Shown here one piece after another: positions 13,701 through 28,700 of a stretch of DNA of 64,000 nt. The position numbers and the translations under genes are program-made. The notes under the pieces were generated by a model. It did no database searches. It was given only the letters and a program-made list of their open reading frames with translations, and was not told where the DNA came from. Position 1 is the first letter of the stretch. Each line of letters opens with the position of its first letter. The stretch is from Tubiluchus corallicola (taxonomy: Eukaryota; Animalia; Priapulida): NCBI GenBank assembly GCA_030141605.1, contig JAQGDQ010000883.1, forward strand, positions 20,621-84,620. The letters are read 5' to 3'.

Positions 13701-16700
13701 AGTTTTTCTTCCAGTTTTGACTTACAATACTCCTGTGGCTTCCCTGAATTGTGTAAGCATCGAAGCAATAATGTTAAATTCAACTCTTGTTTGTTTCCAG
13801 TGGAGATTATTGCAAAGCAAAGTTTCACTTGGTCGATCTAGCCGGTTCCGAACGCGTCAAGAAAACTCGAGCCGAGGGGGAGCGATTTAAAGAAGGTTTT
13901 TACAAAATTCATTTTACGGTTTTGCTTTGTATTCCGTCAGGTTTATTTAGTGGTAAAAGTGTGTGTGTGTGTGTGTGTGTATGTTGCACGTGTCCATGAA
14001 TCTTATATGTTCCACGTGTCCATGAATCTTATATGTTTCCACGAGTCCATGAATCTTATATGTTCCACGTATCCATGAATCTTATATGTTCCATGTGTCC
14101 ATGAATCTTATATGTTGCACGTGTCCATGAATCTTATTATATGTTCCACGTGTCCATGAATCTTATATGTTTCCACGAGTCCATGAATCTTATATGTTCC
14201 ACGTGTCCATGAATCTTATATGTTCCATGTGTCCATGAATCTTATATGTTGCACGTGTCCATGAATCTTATATGTTCCACGTGTCCATGAATCTTATATG
14301 TTTCCACGAGTCCATGAATCTTATATGTTCCACGTGTCCATGAATCTTATATGTTCCATGTGTCCATGAATCTTATATGTTGCACGTGTCCATGAATCTT
14401 ATATGTTCCAAGTGTCCATGAATCTTATATGTTTCCACGAGTCCATGAATCTTATATGTTCCACGTGTCCATGAATCTTATATGTTCCATGTGTCCATGA
14501 ATCTTATATGTTTCCACGAGTCCATGAATCTTATATGTTCCACGTGTCCATGAATCTTATATGTTTCCACGAGTCCATGAATCTTATATGTTCCACGTGT
14601 CCATGAATCTTATATGTTCCATGTGTCCATGAATCTTATATGTTCCACGTGTCCATGAATCTTATATGTTTTGATGAATCTCATGGCCCTCTTTGCGTCG
14701 TTTTTGTTTGCTGCTCTTGAAAATTGGAAATAGTCATTTTTTAAAGCCGTGTCACTGTTGAGATTTCAGCGCCATAGCGAGCAAAAAATGATCACAGCAG
14801 TCGCATTAGCATATCATTGTATTATTAGATGGAAAAATTCAAAAGAAAGTATGGGTTTTGGGTGAAAAACATTTCGCAGAAGAAAGGCATGTGAATATGT
14901 ATCTCCACTAGAGGTGATCATTTTCTACCACAAAGCAAATTCGAATCCGAATTTGCGAGTTTCTTTGCGAGAAATCCGAGTCGAACCAAATGTCAGTATT
15001 TCGAATTCGAATCGATCTCGAATTGAGTTTAAAAGATTTTCGAACGAGTTTCCGAACCAGTAGTAAAAAAGTGGTCTTACAAAGATCATGCACATTACTT
15101 GATTTTGTTCTGCAGTAAAACCGCTATTAGTTTGTTCAAAATTTTGCACAGAAACTGCAGCTAAATTATGCTAATTGCTGCTGCTGTTTCAAACATTTTA
15201 ATGATAAAGAACGCATGTGGCTGAAGTGCTGAATAATTTGAATCTTAATTAAATAATGTTATATTTAATTTTGAAACGTTCTGTATGATCTTGAAAAGCA
15301 AGCTGTACAAAATGCATGTGCCTAACAGTAAACTTTCAAGAAATCTCTTTTTGCTCGTTATAACAGCACTTTGTAAGCTAAATTAAAATTAGTGCTCTAC
15401 ATTTGCAAATCGAGATTCTGCAAAAAATTGATTTTATTTTCCTTGCTGCACATTTTATTTAAATAATTTAAATTATTTGAATCTTAATTAAATAATGTTA
15501 TATTTAATTTTGAAACGTTCTGTATGATCTTGAAAAGTAAGCTGTACAAAATGCATGTGCCGAAAAGTAAACTTTCAAGAAATCTCTTTTTGCTCGTTAT
15601 AACAGCACTTTGTAAGCTAAATTAAAATTAATGCTCTACATTTGCAAATCGAGATTCTGCAAAAAATTGATTTTATTTTCCTTGCTGCACATTTGATTAA
15701 TTATGAACGTGATTTGTAGGTGTGAATATCAATCGTGGTTTGCTCTCACTGGGTAATGTGATCAGTGCTTTAGGCGATGAAAACCAACGGAAGCTGCACG
15801 TTCCGTACAGAGATTCCAAGCTGACGAGACTTTTACAAGGTACATTTATTGCTGCTTTATAAGTATTTTACTACGGCCATATCACGTTGAACACACTGGT
15901 TCTCGTCTGATCACCGAAGTTAAGCAACATATAAAGCCTGGTTAGTACTTGGATGGGTGACCGCCTAGGAATGCCAGGTGCTGTAGGGTTGCGGGATGCC
16001 CTCACTGTATCTCGACACTAGGCGGAGGAGCTGCACAAGCAGCCAACGGCTAGAGGGCGGAGGAGGTCAAGTGACCCAACGGCCATGTGTAGAGGAGTAA
16101 ACCTTCCAAATCAGGAGTGGAGCCCCGAAGGCGGACCAGTGCAGCATGCTCACTGACTCCGGCAGCTCCTGCAGCCAACCTGGTGCCAAACGTATCGCTC
16201 CACTTTCCTTTGGCCTACACCAGCGAGGAAGAGAGAGGGTTCATGTTGTCTGGGCAACTCAGGGTCTCCATACACCTCGCCCAGGCGTGCGCCCTGGAGA
16301 CGTTCAAGGATCGGACTGCTCAGCCACAGTCGACGCTGCAGCTCCATCAGTGTGTTCAATAACTGACTCTCTTGGCATACACTCCACTGCCTTCCGAGAC
16401 AGAAGGATGCCAACAATGAGTATTTTGCTTAAACATTGTGCCTAAGGAAGAAAGTTTGCTGCCAACAGTTAATAATACCTAAGCCCGACAGTGAATTTCT
16501 GGTATGACATTTATTAAAGAAATGAGAGATTCAAAAATTATAAACTGTATCTAGATTTGAGCTTTTGAAGCCTTGGCACTCGCTTGCTTGGCAAAAACAT
16601 ACTGTACTGTATGACCTCGCCGGGAAGACTCTGACTTGTCGCTGAGACTTTCATCAGCATTCACAGTATTAAAACTATCTTCAGCATTTACACTGTTTAA

Positions 16701-19700
16701 ACTTTCTTCATGATTTATAGCATTTAAATTATCTTTAGCATTTATGTAATATCTTCTGACTGTGTAGTCTAACAGTTATGGTTATTTGTAGTCGAAAGGC
16801 GACTGGTTCAAATCCAGACTCGCCCTTGGTTTTTTCACGTTTTCTTTTTCCACATTCACTTTAGCATGAAAAATTCAGTAATTTCATGTTTCTCTTGTTA
16901 ATTCTTAGACTAATAACTATAAATAATTAACACGATTGTCTTGTTAATTTCAGACTCGCTCGGAGGTAACAGTCACACTGTTATGATAGCCTGCATCAGC
17001 CCCGCTGACTCTAATCTGGAGGAGACGTTGAATACGCTGCGCTACGCCGACCGCGCCCGCAAAATCAAGAACAAACCCGTAGTGAACCGTGATCCACAGG
17101 CTGCTGAGTTGAACAGACTGAGACAGCTGGTGAGAAACTGTAGCAGGGAGGAGAATTTTCTGCGGATACTCGGAATTCCGAGTTTTTGGAAGACCAGTGG
17201 TGCCATTTTTGTTGAGAACATTTTTACGGACCCAGTACATTATTTCACAAGCTGGCCGCTAGTTGGCAGGCCGTCACTTTGTTTACATCACGTACATCAG
17301 TGTAACCACGTGTAGATCTCTATGTATAAAAATATAGAATCAATTGTGTGGAGTTATTTGAGTCAATTGCAGACAATTTTTATATACTTCTGCATAGGAG
17401 CGGCCGGTGCTTAGGCGTTTTTGAGACAATTATGTATCATGTATCCTTGATAGTTGGGTATTTTAAATTATGCATGAAACAAGGTAATTGATATTTTAAG
17501 TCCACTTAGAGGCTCTCTATGGTCACAAAATTGCAATTTCAACCCAATTGGAGATCTACGTGGCCCCAAAACCCCCGGCCTGTTTCAGAGTTTTTTGCAA
17601 TTAGTCATTCTCATCCCTGGTTTGAGTGAGTCTATTTTTTACCGACTCTAACACCGATTCCTCTAACAGTAAGTGTACTCCTGAGTCTGAAGTCCGACTC
17701 CAAAACCCTTTTCCTTAAAACAAACTGTGTAGTATTGTGGTGATGGATGATCATTACTAGCTACGTTTCATTATAGCTTGTAGTTTTACGTGCTTATATT
17801 CTACTGTTACATAATTTTGGTAATAACACCTTCCCTTGTATTACAGGTGCAACAGTTGCAGATACAATTAATACAAAATGGGGGTGTCATCGGTAATTCC
17901 TCGTCAGCCGGGTAAGTACATTTTTAAACATTGTACAACCAGTTAATGGGGAGTAAAAGGATAAAGTATGTCTCAAAGTACTTTCCGCACAAAGTTTACC
18001 TGTTTGAATGACTTGTGTAATAAGCCTTTTCACAGTTTCGTTGTGCACACGCGCAGTTGCAGTAGGTCAAAGCTTAAGTGTACCACAGCGGTGCGTCTTA
18101 ACTACAATCGTCACGTGATGTGTGTTTGAAGCAAAGCCCTCTGCCGCATCAGTTCAGTAACCTCAGTTGTTTTACGTGGACTTTGCTTAATTATGCATTA
18201 GTCTGTGTGTAGAGTGATTTACTAGCAGGATCTTGCTTAGGAACAAGGAAAAATGAACTAGGTAAGATTCTAGCTAGCTGTTAAAACTGTTTCTATTATA
18301 GCAGCATGGGCTGCGAGACGTTGTCAAGTGTACACAAATGCGTTGTCTGGTACACTTAACCTTTGACCTTTTCACGATCACCATTAATCGCCGGAATCGT
18401 GAAAAGGCTTATTGGTAAAGAAAAATTTCTTAGTAATTTAAAATATTTGCGCATCGTCGCCATCCCAGTGTGCACTGCTGATTCACCAAAAATCACATTA
18501 TTGATCTTGTTGGCAAGATAAAAGTAATTTAAACTTTTACTTAGTTTGTGAAATGTGAACCACAAATGCCTTCATTATTTGTTCAAATTTCACACAACGT
18601 TAACTAAACTAAAATGACTTGGTGTTAAAACGGTTGCGCTTAACATTCATCGCGGGAGTTTAAATTTACAAATTTTTTACAGCGTTACAGCTAACGCAAG
18701 CTCTGTATGCAATAAGACAACATGTAGGTCGTATAAAATTTCAAAAAAAAAATTAAAATTTTAAGATGTGAACAGTGCTGTCTTGGGTTTTAAAATTTTA
18801 TTAGACTTACATAATTTTTGCATAGCTTTGGTTAATAACGCAGTCAATTTGTAGTCTGTTTTCAAATCAAATATTAACCTTTTGCTTTGTTGTTGTAATA
18901 GGCTTATGAGATATTTATTTTTTCTTCATTTTTGTTGCGTGTTGTTTCTCTCGGAAGGCTCGTAGAGAAAACCAGAAAACACTTCGTCAAATTAAACTAG
19001 TTTATTAAGCGAGAATTCTACAACAAAAAAGTATGAAGGAACGCGAAATGATATTATTAGTGTAATATAGCGAATATTACACTAAACGTGAAAATCTGGA
19101 AAACGTTTGAGTGTATCTGAAAATGTAAGTATACGAGAGAATGTGTGAATGGCGTCCGTGTGAATCTGTGTGCTCCCGTCTCAGCGGCCTGCTTCGCCTT
19201 ATATAGCGTGCCCAAGAAGCTTCCAGAAGTTTTGTTCCAGAAAATTCGACACGGTAAGACGATCATTCCAACGGAACATTCTACAATGTTCCAGGTAATT
19301 CTAATAGATGCCAGCGATCTCCACAACAATTTTGTTCTCCTTCGTTCAGCCTATTTCAGCCTGGCCTATCGAAGTAGCAGTTTTAACAGCTAGCTAGAAT
19401 CTTACCTAGTTCATTTTTTCTTGTCCCCAAGCAAGATCCTGTTAGTAAATCACTCTACGCACAGACTAATGCATAATTAAGCAAAGTCCGGGTAAAACAA
19501 CTGAATTACTGAACTGAGTGGCAGATGGCTTTGTTTTACCCACATGTCACGTGACAGTTGTAGTTAAGACGCATTGCTGTGGTACGCTTAACTTTTGAAC
19601 TACTGCAACTGCGCGTGCGCACAACAAAACTATGAAAAGGTTTATTATATTTGAAATGTTTTGGTCCAGAAACAAATTTTTAAATTTTAGTTTTATTAAA

Positions 19701-22700
19701 TTAAGGAACCAGGAAAGTGAACAAATGATTAAGTTCGCATTTTCTGCAAAACATCTGCGGTTTCAATATACTTGCCCTTAACTCTTGAAGCTTATTCTGA
19801 GTTTTTGCGCTAAGCGTGTTTTGTCCTGTTGGATGCTAATTTCATTGTTTTTACAGAGAGCAAAATGTGCAGAGCTTACTTGAGAGAAACAAGCAGCTTG
19901 AGGTAAGAATTTAAAGTAAATGCCCCGTCATTTTTTATAAATACGAAACCCACAACTTAATCGGAAAAGAAATGACGTAATCGAATTCCAACATTTTTAT
20001 GCGCCGTAATTACGGGAATTAATTAATTAAACTCGTTAAATCGCAGCAACATTGTCGGCGTTACATTGCCAGTGCCGTTACATTTCGGAAAAATCACAAA
20101 AATCGCGCAATCGACGTGGTCGTCATTCTAGTGAAATAAAACAATATGGCACTATCTTTGCACCGTAACTTGGCACTCTGACAATACGGTTTTGTTGTAC
20201 TAATATATATGAACATAATTGATTTTCATATTCAGTTACCATTTTTTACACAGCTAAAAATGTTTTTAGTTGCGCAAAAACATAATTTTTACATAAAATT
20301 TCCAATTAGTAAACTGATAGCGAAAGTGTGTGATATTTTAGCCACTTATAATGATAATGGTAATGCTGATGACAATGACAATGATGGTGACAACGTCATC
20401 GATAAAGATAATGATTATTATAATGTAACATTATATATGATGCGAAGATTTTTCTAGTTTTTGTAAAGAAAAATAAACTCATTTAAAACCTATTCTTTAC
20501 CTTATAGATTTTACTTTTTTACCAACATTGTAATTAAAACAACAGCAGAGGTAACGTACCCGTTACAGTCAAAATGTTATCTGTGAAAAATTTCAAAATT
20601 TCAATTTTTATACCTAGAAGTATATATAATTGATTATCAAATTGATTTCGTATCCTATTAATCGATTATAACAGTCACCCGTCCAAGTACTAACCAGGCT
20701 CTACGTTGCTTAACTTCGGTGATCAGACGAGAACCGGTGTTTTCAATGTATATGCTACCGTTACTGATCTGTTATTTAATAATCATAATCATAATCTTTT
20801 TATTTATCTTGTAACACACGCACAGTTATAATACAATTAATTTGGAAACAAAAGTGTGAAGAAAGGGCAGTGAAAGACCAATTGGTCATCTAGTCAGCTG
20901 CCCTTTGGTTAGAGATGAAAATTTTTTATAAGCGCTATGCTACAGTGTATTAGTGTTAGTACTGCTTGTAATAAAAATTTAATTGTTACGAATGACATTA
21001 AATTGATATGCTTATAACGTGTTAGTACAATTCATACACAGTAATAATAAGTGCATAATAAAAAAAATCAAACTGAAAATAACTGAAATAAAACTGAACT
21101 GAAATAAGAACTGAAACAAGAACGGAAATAAAAATTTAAAATTTTCAGGAAGAAAACGAGAAGCTTTCCAGCGAGTTGAGACAAGCCGTCGACCAGACGA
21201 CTAACCTCTGTGAGAAAGTTATTCTGGCAGAAATGTCTCGTGACAAAATGAAACAGAAACTGGAGCAGCTGAAGCAACAAACGGGGTAATGTAGCATCTA
21301 GTGTGTCGGCTAGAAATGTCTTCCAGGAATGAGAATTTTCTAGCGGATACGCGGAATTCCGAGTTTTTGGAAGACCAGTAGTGCCATTTTTGTAAATCGC
21401 GTAAATTCGTTGACATACAGAGTTTCATTCAGAGTTGCTGTTAGCATAAACCAGGGGTGAGCAAATTATCTGTCTAGCCGGGCCACATTAAATTTTCCCG
21501 CAATTCCTGCGGGCCACAGGCAGTTTGATCAAGGTGCCAAGTACGGAAAGGCCTAATAATGATTTTTTTTGCATCCGACCTGCGTACATCATTACTACTA
21601 CACTCAAGAAACTATTTTAGAAGTTATTAAAATTTATATTACAAACCATATATTACTACTTTCAGGACAGATAGTGGTAATTTCATTACAATATATATTA
21701 GTAATGTGTATCACACAGTCTGTGTAGTACAGTGACATTAAGCTACATCCATCTTGTAAGGATTAATGGCATCCGATCTAGTAGAAAAAACTACCCGCAC
21801 TATCTTTGGGATCGTGGCACGGACTTCAGCTGGATACACTCAATTAATCGCCCGGGCCGCACTTTCATTAGGTTGACAAATCTCTTCGCGAGCCGGGCAA
21901 ATTCTCTCGGCTGGCTGCAATTTGCACACCCCTAGCATAAGCCATTTGTGCAAACCTACCGCGTGTAGGTGATGTACAATTTCACAATAACCTTTTCTAA
22001 CTTTATGTAAGTAAAGGGTTTTCTTGTGTTTTAAAGTCTAATGTCGCTTCTATCTGTTCTTGCAAAAGAAAAGTGAAACTTGAGTCTGTTGAACACTTTT
22101 TGTTGCGCTGCCCATTGCATCAACTAGCTAGGGTTGTTATGTTTGATAAATTAAATGAAATACTTCTGCCCGAAAACCTTAATATAGCTGCCTTAGGAAA
22201 TAATGATCTGTTGAAGTTGTTATTATTTGGAAAAGATGAATTTAACTATGTTGCTAACTGTAAAATATTCCAATGTATACATGACTTTATATTAAGTACT
22301 AAACGCTTGTAGTAGTTTCTATCTGATATGAAATGCATCAGTCTTAAATAATCGTACATTAATATTTCCTAACCATCATTTTCTACTAATGTCTAATGTA
22401 ATCTTGTAGTAAAACTTGTCAGCTTGTGTAGTTATAGTCTATTCTTACTGTAAATGTTACTAATATCTAATGTAATCTTGTAGTAAAACTTGTCAGCTTG
22501 TGTAGTTATAGTCTATTCTTACTGTAAATGTTACTAATGTCTAATGTAATCTTGTAGTAAAACTTGTCAGCTTGTGTAGTTATAGTCTATTCTTACTGTA
22601 AATGTTCTTGTAAATGGTTTATAAAGTCTGTTGTGGTGAGGATATTAAATCATGTTGTTCAAACTGTCTGATCCAATCCCAAATAAATTATGTTTAAACT

Positions 22701-25700
22701 AAACTTGAGGCAGTGACTGTGACACACGTTCAACTGTTGTTGAATCTGAATGTAATAAAAGTGTTGGCAATATGCTTGCATGGCACAGCTAGTTCAGCAG
22801 TTGCGTGGCGAGTTCGCAATTGTTGTAGAATAATAGTCGAACACGTGTATCCGTTATTTTTTATTCGTTTGTACGTAACCGCAGTCAAGCACAGATTAGT
22901 TATTAACTAATTCGATTTCGTAAGATGTACATAAACCCATCTATGGTGAAAAAATTTTATTTTCTCCTTTTTGCCCATTAGAGAAAAAGGATTGACATTT
23001 ATGGTCGTAACTTGGCATTATGTTGAGCCTGTTATTGGGCCTTAATCTGTTTACTGTGTGCTGTTATTTGCAACATTTCACGTGTCTTGTGAAGCGTAAT
23101 GCTTTTATTCTCTTACAGCTAAAAGCAGTAATGTTATTTATTGATGAAGAGAAAAATGAGCGACTCACAAAACTTTGAGTGGGTTTAATGTAAACAGTTG
23201 TGATGTCACCTAGCCATCATTATCATTCTAATATTGTTGTCATCGTGTCATTGTCAACGCCGTCGCCATCACAATTGTCGCCGCAATCGTCATCGTTTTC
23301 GTCTGTATATGCGTGTGCTGCTGCTGCTTGATTGTAATTACAAGAGCTGTTTCGTATTGCTTTTTTGTTTCTAAAGGCGCTTTCATACTCCGACGCCAAA
23401 TTCACAAGTATCAACTGCTTTGCGAGTTGCTATAGGCAAGTTATTACAAGCTCTCCGACAGCTAGTTGATTTCCTGTAAGTTACTCTCTAGTGTGAACGC
23501 CGCCTCAAGTTACTCATCACACTTCACACAGTGAATAGAGAAATGAGTGTCGGCTCGTGCGTACTGTCAAAAACTACCTACCAACAAATTTTGCTCTCCA
23601 GTCTGAACACGCTTGCGAGTTACTTGATCAGGGATGAGAATTTTCCGCGGAGACGTGGAATTCCGAGTTTTTGGAAGACCAGTGGTGCCATTTTTGTAAA
23701 TCGTGTAAATTCATCGAGAAAATTTGTCCGCTAGTTGGCGGGCCGTAACTTTGTTTATATCACGTACATCAGTGTAACCACGTGTAGATCTCTATGTATC
23801 AGAATATAGAATCAATTGTGCAGAATTATTTGAGTCAATTGCAGACAGTTTTTATTTACTTTTGCATAGGAGCGGCCAGTACTTGGGCATTTTTGAGACA
23901 ATTAGGTATCATGTATTTTAAGTCCACATAGAGGCTCTCTATGGTCACAAAATGCAATTTGTTGCTGACTGCAACAGGGTTTTGCCCCTTGAACCCCCGT
24001 GGAGGCCTACACGGCCCCCAAACCCCCAAGCTGTTTCAGAGTTTTTTGCAATTTGTCATTCTCATCCACACTTGATGAGAAAACTCGCTAGTCTGAATGT
24101 GTCGTAAGATGTTCATTTAACCCTTTTAGTCCCAAATTATTTTTTTAATAAGAAAAAAATTTTTGGCTTGGTACCTTTGTTCAGTATGTCCATCTTCTTT
24201 ACACATAATAATTTTTTTCTACCTGTGCCCGCGTGCTAAATATAGCCTGTACCCTACGCGATACATTGGGATTCAATAGAAGCATAAAATGTGCTTCATT
24301 TTGCAACTGCTGATAATTTTTTGAAGTATTTAAGACATTTAGTATGCATGCTATGCTGATCTGTACAAAGTCATCTCTAAAGTACTGTACCTTGCGCAGT
24401 TTTTTATGCTATGTAAATTTTCTAGTTTGCCATTTTATCACCATTTTTAGTCTGTTGTTATTGGCTTAAATCAAAAGAACTATTAACAGATCAAATAACT
24501 GTCAGTTTTAAAATTTTGTTAATTTTAAAGGCAGAAAATATTCTCGTATCCCACGGGATACAACGGGTATGAAAGGGTTAACATTGGTATTGATCAAAAG
24601 TCATAATATTTATGATTTCTTTGATGTTTATGATGTTTTTAGAATAGCAGTAGATGTTATGAATGAAACCGGTGACGGTGAAGCCGTACGAAAGCAGCTG
24701 TCGATCGTAAAGGACCTTCAGGAGAGCATTTTGACTGACATTAAAGAAGAGGGGCACAGATTGGAGGAGCAGCGCCAGCAAGTGCCCAGCCTGCCTCCCG
24801 CTTCGGAGGCACTCTCCAGTCCGAGCAAAACCGGTCCGGCAACGGAGCAGGATCGGGAGTATACCATGCGACAGGCAAAGCTGAGTCGGGACCTGCAGGA
24901 GCTGAACGCCGCTCTTTCCCGGAAAGAGGAACTAGTTTTGAAAGCGGTGGAGACTGACGAGCGGATTGGAATGATGAGGGCTCAGTACGAGGTGAGACTT
25001 AACATTATTAATGTACGCGGCAAATTTTACTGACGAAATAAAATTAAACTAGAAATTTCTCAGCCATATTGGTGCAAATATAGCAAAAACTTTTGCGCGT
25101 AGCACAGAGGTCTAGTCTGTTGAAATTGTCATTGCTGTCCTTAACTATTCAGAGAATTTTCTGGATAAAACATGCTTGCAAGACGAGTGGAATTTCTTGC
25201 ACGTTTGGTGTCTTAGTTCACTAAATACAATAGGTGCCGTTTATTAGACTTTCGGTTAATAGAATCGGTCGCCCAATTGACTCAAAAACACCTGCTACGG
25301 GCCGCTTCTATTCAAATTTATATTGAAACGTACCGATAATAGACTCGAATAACTCTGCATAAAGTACTCAATATTTTTGCTTTACATCAGGGGTGTAATC
25401 CACTTGCGGCCCGCCGAGAGAATTTGTGCGGCCCGGGCGATTAATTGAGTGTATCCAGCTAAAGTCCGTGCCACGATTCCAAAGATAGTGCGGGTAGTTT
25501 TTTCTACTAGATCGGATGCCATTAACCTTTACAAGACGGTTGTAGCTTAATGTCACTGTACTACGCAGACTGTGTGATACACATTACTAATATGCATTGT
25601 AATGAAATTACCACTATCTGTCATGAAAGTAGAAATATATGGTTTGTAATATAAATTTTAATAATTTCTAAAATAGTTTCTTGAGTGCAGTAGTAATGAT

Positions 25701-28700
25701 GTACGCAGGTCGGATGCAAAAAAGATCGTTATTAGGCCTTTCTGTACTTGGGTCCTTGATCAAACTGCCTGTGGCCCGCAGGAATTGCGGGAAAGTTTAA
25801 TGTGGCCCGGCTTGTCAGATAATTTGCACACCCGTGCTTTACATGCTTCACTAACACACTTGCGTCTGCTCAATAAACTTTTATGACTTTTGTGTCATCT
25901 TGGTTTCCTTTTGTGCTCTATAATATATGTAGAAACAATCATGTTAAGTATCGTCTTGTTTATAAGCAGGAACGTTTATCATACAGTAATATGCTAGATT
26001 AAAGGCTTCGCTTAAAGGTCCACTGCAGCTAACCTCGTTACCCGAGAATTTCGGGAAGCTGACCATTTAATCGCTTGTCTTGTCTAGCGGTTTGCTTTTC
26101 AAACTCTCGCTGCGTATCGTAGAACGCTTAATCAGTTAGATGTTGCTGTTATGCCAGGGATGCAGGTAAAGTGTTGCAGAGTTGGTAGAAATGAAACTAT
26201 GGACGAAGCCACTTGCGGGGGGCGGGGGGGGGGGGGTACATGGGTACCACCAACTGAAGTTACAGCACTTCGACTATCATTGGCTTCTTTTGTGTTGAAA
26301 CATTGTGCTTTTAAATTTACTCTATAATCGATTAATGTGTGCCCTAGTCTAATTTCAAGAAAATTTTGATGTAATTTCAATTAAAACATTCTAGTTTCCT
26401 AAACTTTTGCTTTTGCTTATTTTCTGCATTGCTCAAAACATAACGAGAAATAGATCTAGTCTAACTTTAAATTTAACTTTTGTTTGCGACTTTTATCCTT
26501 TCTGTTTTAGGCATCCTTGAAGGACTTAGGGTCGCAGCTGGAACAGGTGCTGAAGGAACGAGACGGTCTGCAAAAAGAACTGCAGAGTTCAAAGCCCAAC
26601 GTCGCGTGCGGTAAAGTCAGCGAGCAACGGAGGCTTCGACTCAGAGAACTTGAGGGCCAGATAGCGACGTTGCGAAAGAAGCAGCAGGAGCATGCAAAAA
26701 TGCTGAAGTTGAAAGAGCAAAGCGACAAGAAGGTGGAACAGCTTCGGAACGAGATTCTGGTTCGTTGTGGCGCTTCGGCAATATTAACTTTTTTTACTTT
26801 TAGCAAATTCTCAATATTCATCTTTAGCAGTGGAGTGAGTTTTCTTAGTTCAAAATCTCTTCGAGTCTAAAATCACAGATTCAAATAATTTAGCACTTCT
26901 ACTACATCATACAGTAAGTCCCTGGGTGCGCTTGCACGATCGTACACACTATTTTATTGATCACTTGCTTGTTGCAACCCAAGAGAACGGTCTACTATAC
27001 AGAGTTCCAGGAAAAAACAACCGATCAGCCAACGACAAAATAAGTTCGTCTCATCTTTTAACATGAATTTTTCCTTAAAAATAGCGTCGACTTGAGGCCA
27101 AAGTTTGTCAGAGTGTTGTGTCTGGATAGTTGAATTTTTCTGCATTAGCCAATGAGATACTGTACATTGTTAATGTGCAAACGCTGTAGTTACTGAAAGC
27201 TTTTTTCATTTTCTTTGATTTTTAATTTGCCTAAGGTAGGCAGGTGCATTTCATACATAATTTTGCATGAAAATCCATTGTATGAGGTGAAGAAACTTAC
27301 AAAAATTATCAATTATAATGTAATCACTTATGCTTAGTGAGAGCAAATTTTCATGAACCCGTGCAAAATGTAACAAACGCTTACAGTCCTGAAGGAGTTA
27401 TGCAAATGCTTCTATAATGATGCTCTATGTTAACTTTTCAACTTTAAAATTTTTATTTCATTTGGAAGCATTTAGATGGGCTCTGCCTGCATTTTTTCCT
27501 ATATCTTCGTACAGGTCAGTTAAACCACTTTATTTCACAGGGAATGAAGCAAGCTCGAGTGAGGCTGATGAAACAGATGAAAGAGGAGGCAGAGAGGTTT
27601 CGTCAGTGGAAGCAGCAGAAGGAGAAAGAGTTAACACAGCTCCGCGCTAAGGACCGGAAGCGTCAGGTGGAATACAAGAAACTGGAACGGAAGGCGGAAG
27701 TTCAGGCCGTGGTGCTCCGGCGGAAAACTGAGCAGGTACTTCGTGTTATTCGAACATCGTATTTGTGTCGTTTGAAGATGTTCCATGTTTGCGAAATATT
27801 GATGGTTGCTTTTCTGCTAAATTTGTTTAAAGGAAAGAACAAGTCACTTGGTATGTTGGGCTTATTTTACTGTTATCACTTAAACTGTTTGTGGTGCGCT
27901 AAAGGAAAGAACAAGTCACTCAGTATGTTGGGTTTGTTTTACTGTTATCACTTAAACTGTTTGTGTTGTGCTAAAAGAAAAAAAAGTCACTCAGTATGTT
28001 GGGTTTATTTTACTGTTATCACTTAAACTGTTTGTGGTGCGCTAAAGGAAAGAACAAGTCACTCAGTATGTTGGGTTTATTTTACTGTTATCACTTGAAT
28101 TGTTTGGCTTGTGTGCTAAAGGAAGGAACAAGTCACTCAGTATGTTGGGTTTATTTTACTGTTATCACTTAAACTGTTTGTAGTGTGCTAAAGGAAAGAA
28201 CAAGTCACTCAGTATGTTGGGTTTATTTTACTGTTATCACTTAAACTGTTTGTAGTGTGCTAAAGAAAGAACAAGTCACTCAGTATGTTGGGTTTATTTT
28301 ACTGTTATCACTTAAACTGCTTGTAGTGTGCTAAAGGAAAGAACAAGTCACTCAGTATGTTGGGTTTATTTTACTGTTATCACTTAAACTGTTTGTAGTG
28401 TGCTAAAGGAAAGAACAAGTCACTCAGTATGTTGGGTTTATTTTACTGTTATCACTTAAACTGTTTGTGGTGTGCTAAAGGAAAGAACAAGTCACTCAGT
28501 ATGTTGGGTTTATTTTACTGTTATCACTTAAACTGTTTGTGGTGTGCTAAAGGAAAGAACAAGTCACTCAGTATGTTGGGTTTGTTTTACTGTTATCACT
28601 TAAACTGTTTGTGGTGTGCTAAAGGAAAGGTGAAGTCACTCAGTATGTTGGGGTTGTTTTACTGTTATCACTTGAACATAGAAAAATATAACAAAGAAAT

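Noticed and set aside
15870-15990. Functional 5S rRNA gene
   Set aside because: Altered 5' end and internal changes, no oligo-T terminator, fused to a repeat body with a TSD
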